From NCBI GenBank assembly GCA_010093605.1, contig MU004184.1, positions 1,870,801-1,934,800 of the forward strand: 64,000 nucleotides of DNA, written 5' to 3'. Below, in pieces: positions 61,701 to 64,000 of this stretch. The notes under the pieces are model-generated. The model was not told the origin of the DNA. It saw nothing but the letters and a program-made list of their open reading frames with translations, and made no database searches. Position numbers and translations under genes: made by a program. Source of the stretch: Lophium mytilinum (Eukaryota). Positions within the stretch are counted from its first letter, which is position 1. Each line of letters opens with the position of its first letter.

Positions 61701-62185
61701 GGAGGCGAAGAGAGGCCGAGGAGTTCGCATTTTTGTGTCCTTGGTACGATCTTTTGAATGGATGCTCAATGGATTGTTGGTTTTAGGTTTTGACAAGCTT
61801 CCGGTCCGCGTCTTGTTGATAAGTCATATCGTGAGGAATTGATGTGAGTACTCTTTAGTAAGAAAATGAGTTGAGAAGTGACGGAAAAGAGAAATATGCT
61901 TTGAATGGTTCTGTCTTAACCATTCTGCATTCGAAAGATCTAAATTGCTTGCCCGTTCATGCGATAATGTTCTACTATACCTTCATGTAATCTACTGGGT
62001 ATTCAGCAGGTGGTACTTGCTGTAAGCAAATGCATGGACATTCCCAACCCGCAAGCCGCAAACTCCCTCTAATGTTCGTCATAATCCATAACTCATGTTT
62101 CAGAACCTCCACAACCTCCAGACTCCCCACCAGCAACTCCCAACCACCCCCTTTACTCCCCCTACCATCCCATTATGAATCAAAC

Positions 62186-62816
62186 TCACGCCTCGGCAAG
62201 CAAGCTCAAATAAATCCCCCACAACACCCCCACCAAACTCCCCGCCAGCACCCGCTTCTCAACAGGAATCCACATGAAACTGACCACCGAAAACAGCGGC
62301 CACAGCTTGTACCCATCTAGCATAATCGGCCAGAACTTGTTCCGCACCTCTGCCGACGCGTTGTCCATCGCCGCGGCCCCGCTCGCGTTGATGTAGCCCA
62401 TGAACGCGAGGAAGAGCACCGTGTTCACGGCCGCGCTGATGGTCTGGTCGAGGGCCAGCTTCTTCGCTACGTTGGCAAGGTTGATAGGCTGGGGCTTGTG
62501 CGCTGGTGTATGCGGTTTCTCGGTAGCCTTTGGGGTTGGTGGTGCGGGAGGTTGGGTGGGGAAGGTGTCTTCGAGGTAGGCTTGCCAGAGGCAGTTGGGG
62601 GGCGTGTTGAGGAGGGTGTAGAAGGCGAATTTGAGGATTGGGGTAGGGTTGAGGTGGAGGGTTTGCTGGAGGTTGGTTAGTAGGGGAACGAGGGGGTTTG
62701 GAGGGGGGAGATGATCGTACATTGGCACGGTAGGCGGAGAGGGCTTGCGCGAGGATGTTAGAGGTTGCGCTGAGGATCGTTGCCTGTATAGTTTGAGAGA
62801 ATAGCTGGGACGCCAT
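62186..62816 (-). CDS. Mpv17/PMP22 family membrane protein; intron ~62667-62720
   Basis: QATILSATSNILAQ, TPPNCLWQAYLE..FP, KLALDQT, GYKLWP..SFMWIPVEKR, WGIYLSL. Confidence 0.9.
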
Positions 62817-63106
62817 GGTTGTTGATTTGGAGTAAAGCGATGTATAGAGATTCGGATGTGTGACTTTGGTCCAGGTTTTGTAGATAGACGCCGGGTCGGA
62901 CCTCGGGGTTTCAGTTGAGGATGTTATTGTATCATCAGTGGTATAAGAGCCCAGCTCCAAATGGGGTGCCAGCCCCTGGTTTTATCAAGCAACGACGTGG
63001 CCCGATGTGTATCCAGTCGTGTTGATGATTACAACTCTGGAGGTGATGTCAGTAGACAGCTTTAGAAGAGGTCGCTAATTCCTTCCCTCAAACAAGAACG
63101 GCACTA

Positions 63107-63626
63107 GCATTTGTCGTATTCAAATGTGCGTTCAGCGCTTGGCGGTTTTCTCCTGCACACACCACTTGCGTGTTCGCGCGTGCGCTTTGCAATAAAGTTT
63201 AAGCTGTAGCGCTTAAAATCTCCTAGATAGTAGAAGCTAACTATAGGAGCTATACTCTTAAGTTTTAGCCCTTAAAAGTAAGAACTGGTTATAAAATCTA
63301 GGTACTCTACGTAATAGCTGCGTGCAGCCTGAGGGCAGCCATAAGTGCTGCCGAGTACTACCCCTGCAATTGCGCGCAAGGGTAAGACTTGGCAGAGAAC
63401 TTTAAAACTAAGGCGTAGGTGTAGGTATCTCTCTAGATTTATAGCACCTCTATCCCATAATATTTTAAGCTAGAACTTAAGATATATACTAAGTACTCTA
63501 TAGAGTGCCTCTAGTGAAAATTATAGGGCTGTATACTAAAGGTTGGGTGCTGGAATACTCTGCACGCAAGTGGTGTGCAAAAGAAAACCGCCAAGCGCTG
63601 AACGCACATTTGAATACGACAAATTC
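63107..63626. mobile_element. Non-autonomous DNA transposon (MITE), ~520 bp, ~65-bp terminal inverted repeats, flanked by TA
   Basis: 63107-63172 is the near-perfect reverse complement of 63563-63626 (43-bp perfect core ATTTGTCGTATTCAAATGTGCGTTCAGCGCTTGGCGGTTTTCT); TA at 63105-63106 and 63627-63628; non-coding, TpA-rich interior. Confidence 0.85.
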
Positions 63627-63930
63627 TATCTCGCTGACCACGCTGACCTCCTTGCCTTACCTCAGCGACTCTGCCGCACCTAATATAAAACACACCCTCC
63701 ATATAGCAGTATCTTTCCTCCACCGCACTGAGCGGAATTTGAGCTTTTCACAATTGGTGTAGAATATACGTCGTTAGAACTAGAGAAAGAGTCCTCGAAC
63801 TTCATTGCCCGTCTCAACCACGTACTACCAAACCACCCACTTCCAGTATTGCTTCCACCTACAGCAAGGGCATAGATAAAAGTAAAGAGCTAGCAAGATA
63901 CCAAACAAGATCAGACCTGTCCAATCAATC

Positions 63931-64000
63931 ATGAAAAACCTCACATTCAGGGCGTACCGCCAGCCTGCCAAAAGTATGTCTTTTTGCTCCGAATGTCATC
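63931..64000 (+). CDS. Possible first exon of a gene continuing beyond the window
   Basis: CAATCATG start, MKNLTFRAYRQPAK, then a GTATGT donor-like site at 63974; too short to identify. Confidence 0.25.
   Translation, partial: MKNLTFRAYRQPAKSMSFCSECH

Noticed and set aside
1..64000. CRISPR arrays, prokaryotic operons/defence systems, secondary-metabolite backbone genes, autonomous transposons
   Set aside because: Intron-containing fungal DNA; no repeat-spacer array, PKS/NRPS/terpene cyclase, transposase or reverse transcriptase motifs seen.

Overview
Eukaryotic DNA from a filamentous ascomycete (Pezizomycotina): compact genes with short GT-AG introns (CTRAY branch points), about 28 protein-coding loci, and no tRNA, rRNA or CRISPR that I can support. 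Conserved housekeeping genes include a kinesin-7 (KipA/Kip2-like), an M28 aminopeptidase, TRM44, GNA1, VMA4, CHS5, ECM29, UBX5, a NIPA-type Mg transporter, an Mpv17/PMP22 protein, an EutQ-like cupin and MFS/APC transporters. Accessory patches are interspersed among them. The strongest candidate for an undescribed system is an ~8 kb island (15.0-22.6 kb). It holds three tandem, diverged BTB/POZ paralogues in which the BTB fold is interrupted by an exon encoding a TFIIS-N/LW(IBD)-like helical bundle, plus a divergently transcribed F-box-like gene, suggesting a Cullin-adaptor cluster aimed at transcription/chromatin factors (inference). Other notable items are a FUT8/GT23-like fucosyltransferase, a carboxylesterase fused to a repeat-bearing mucin stalk, an EutQ cupin with an optional N-myristoylation extension, a gene broken by one premature TAG, a GC-AG intron in a GPI-protein gene, and a 520-bp TA-flanked MITE with a RIP-like interior. 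All family calls come from motif recognition by eye; no searches were run.
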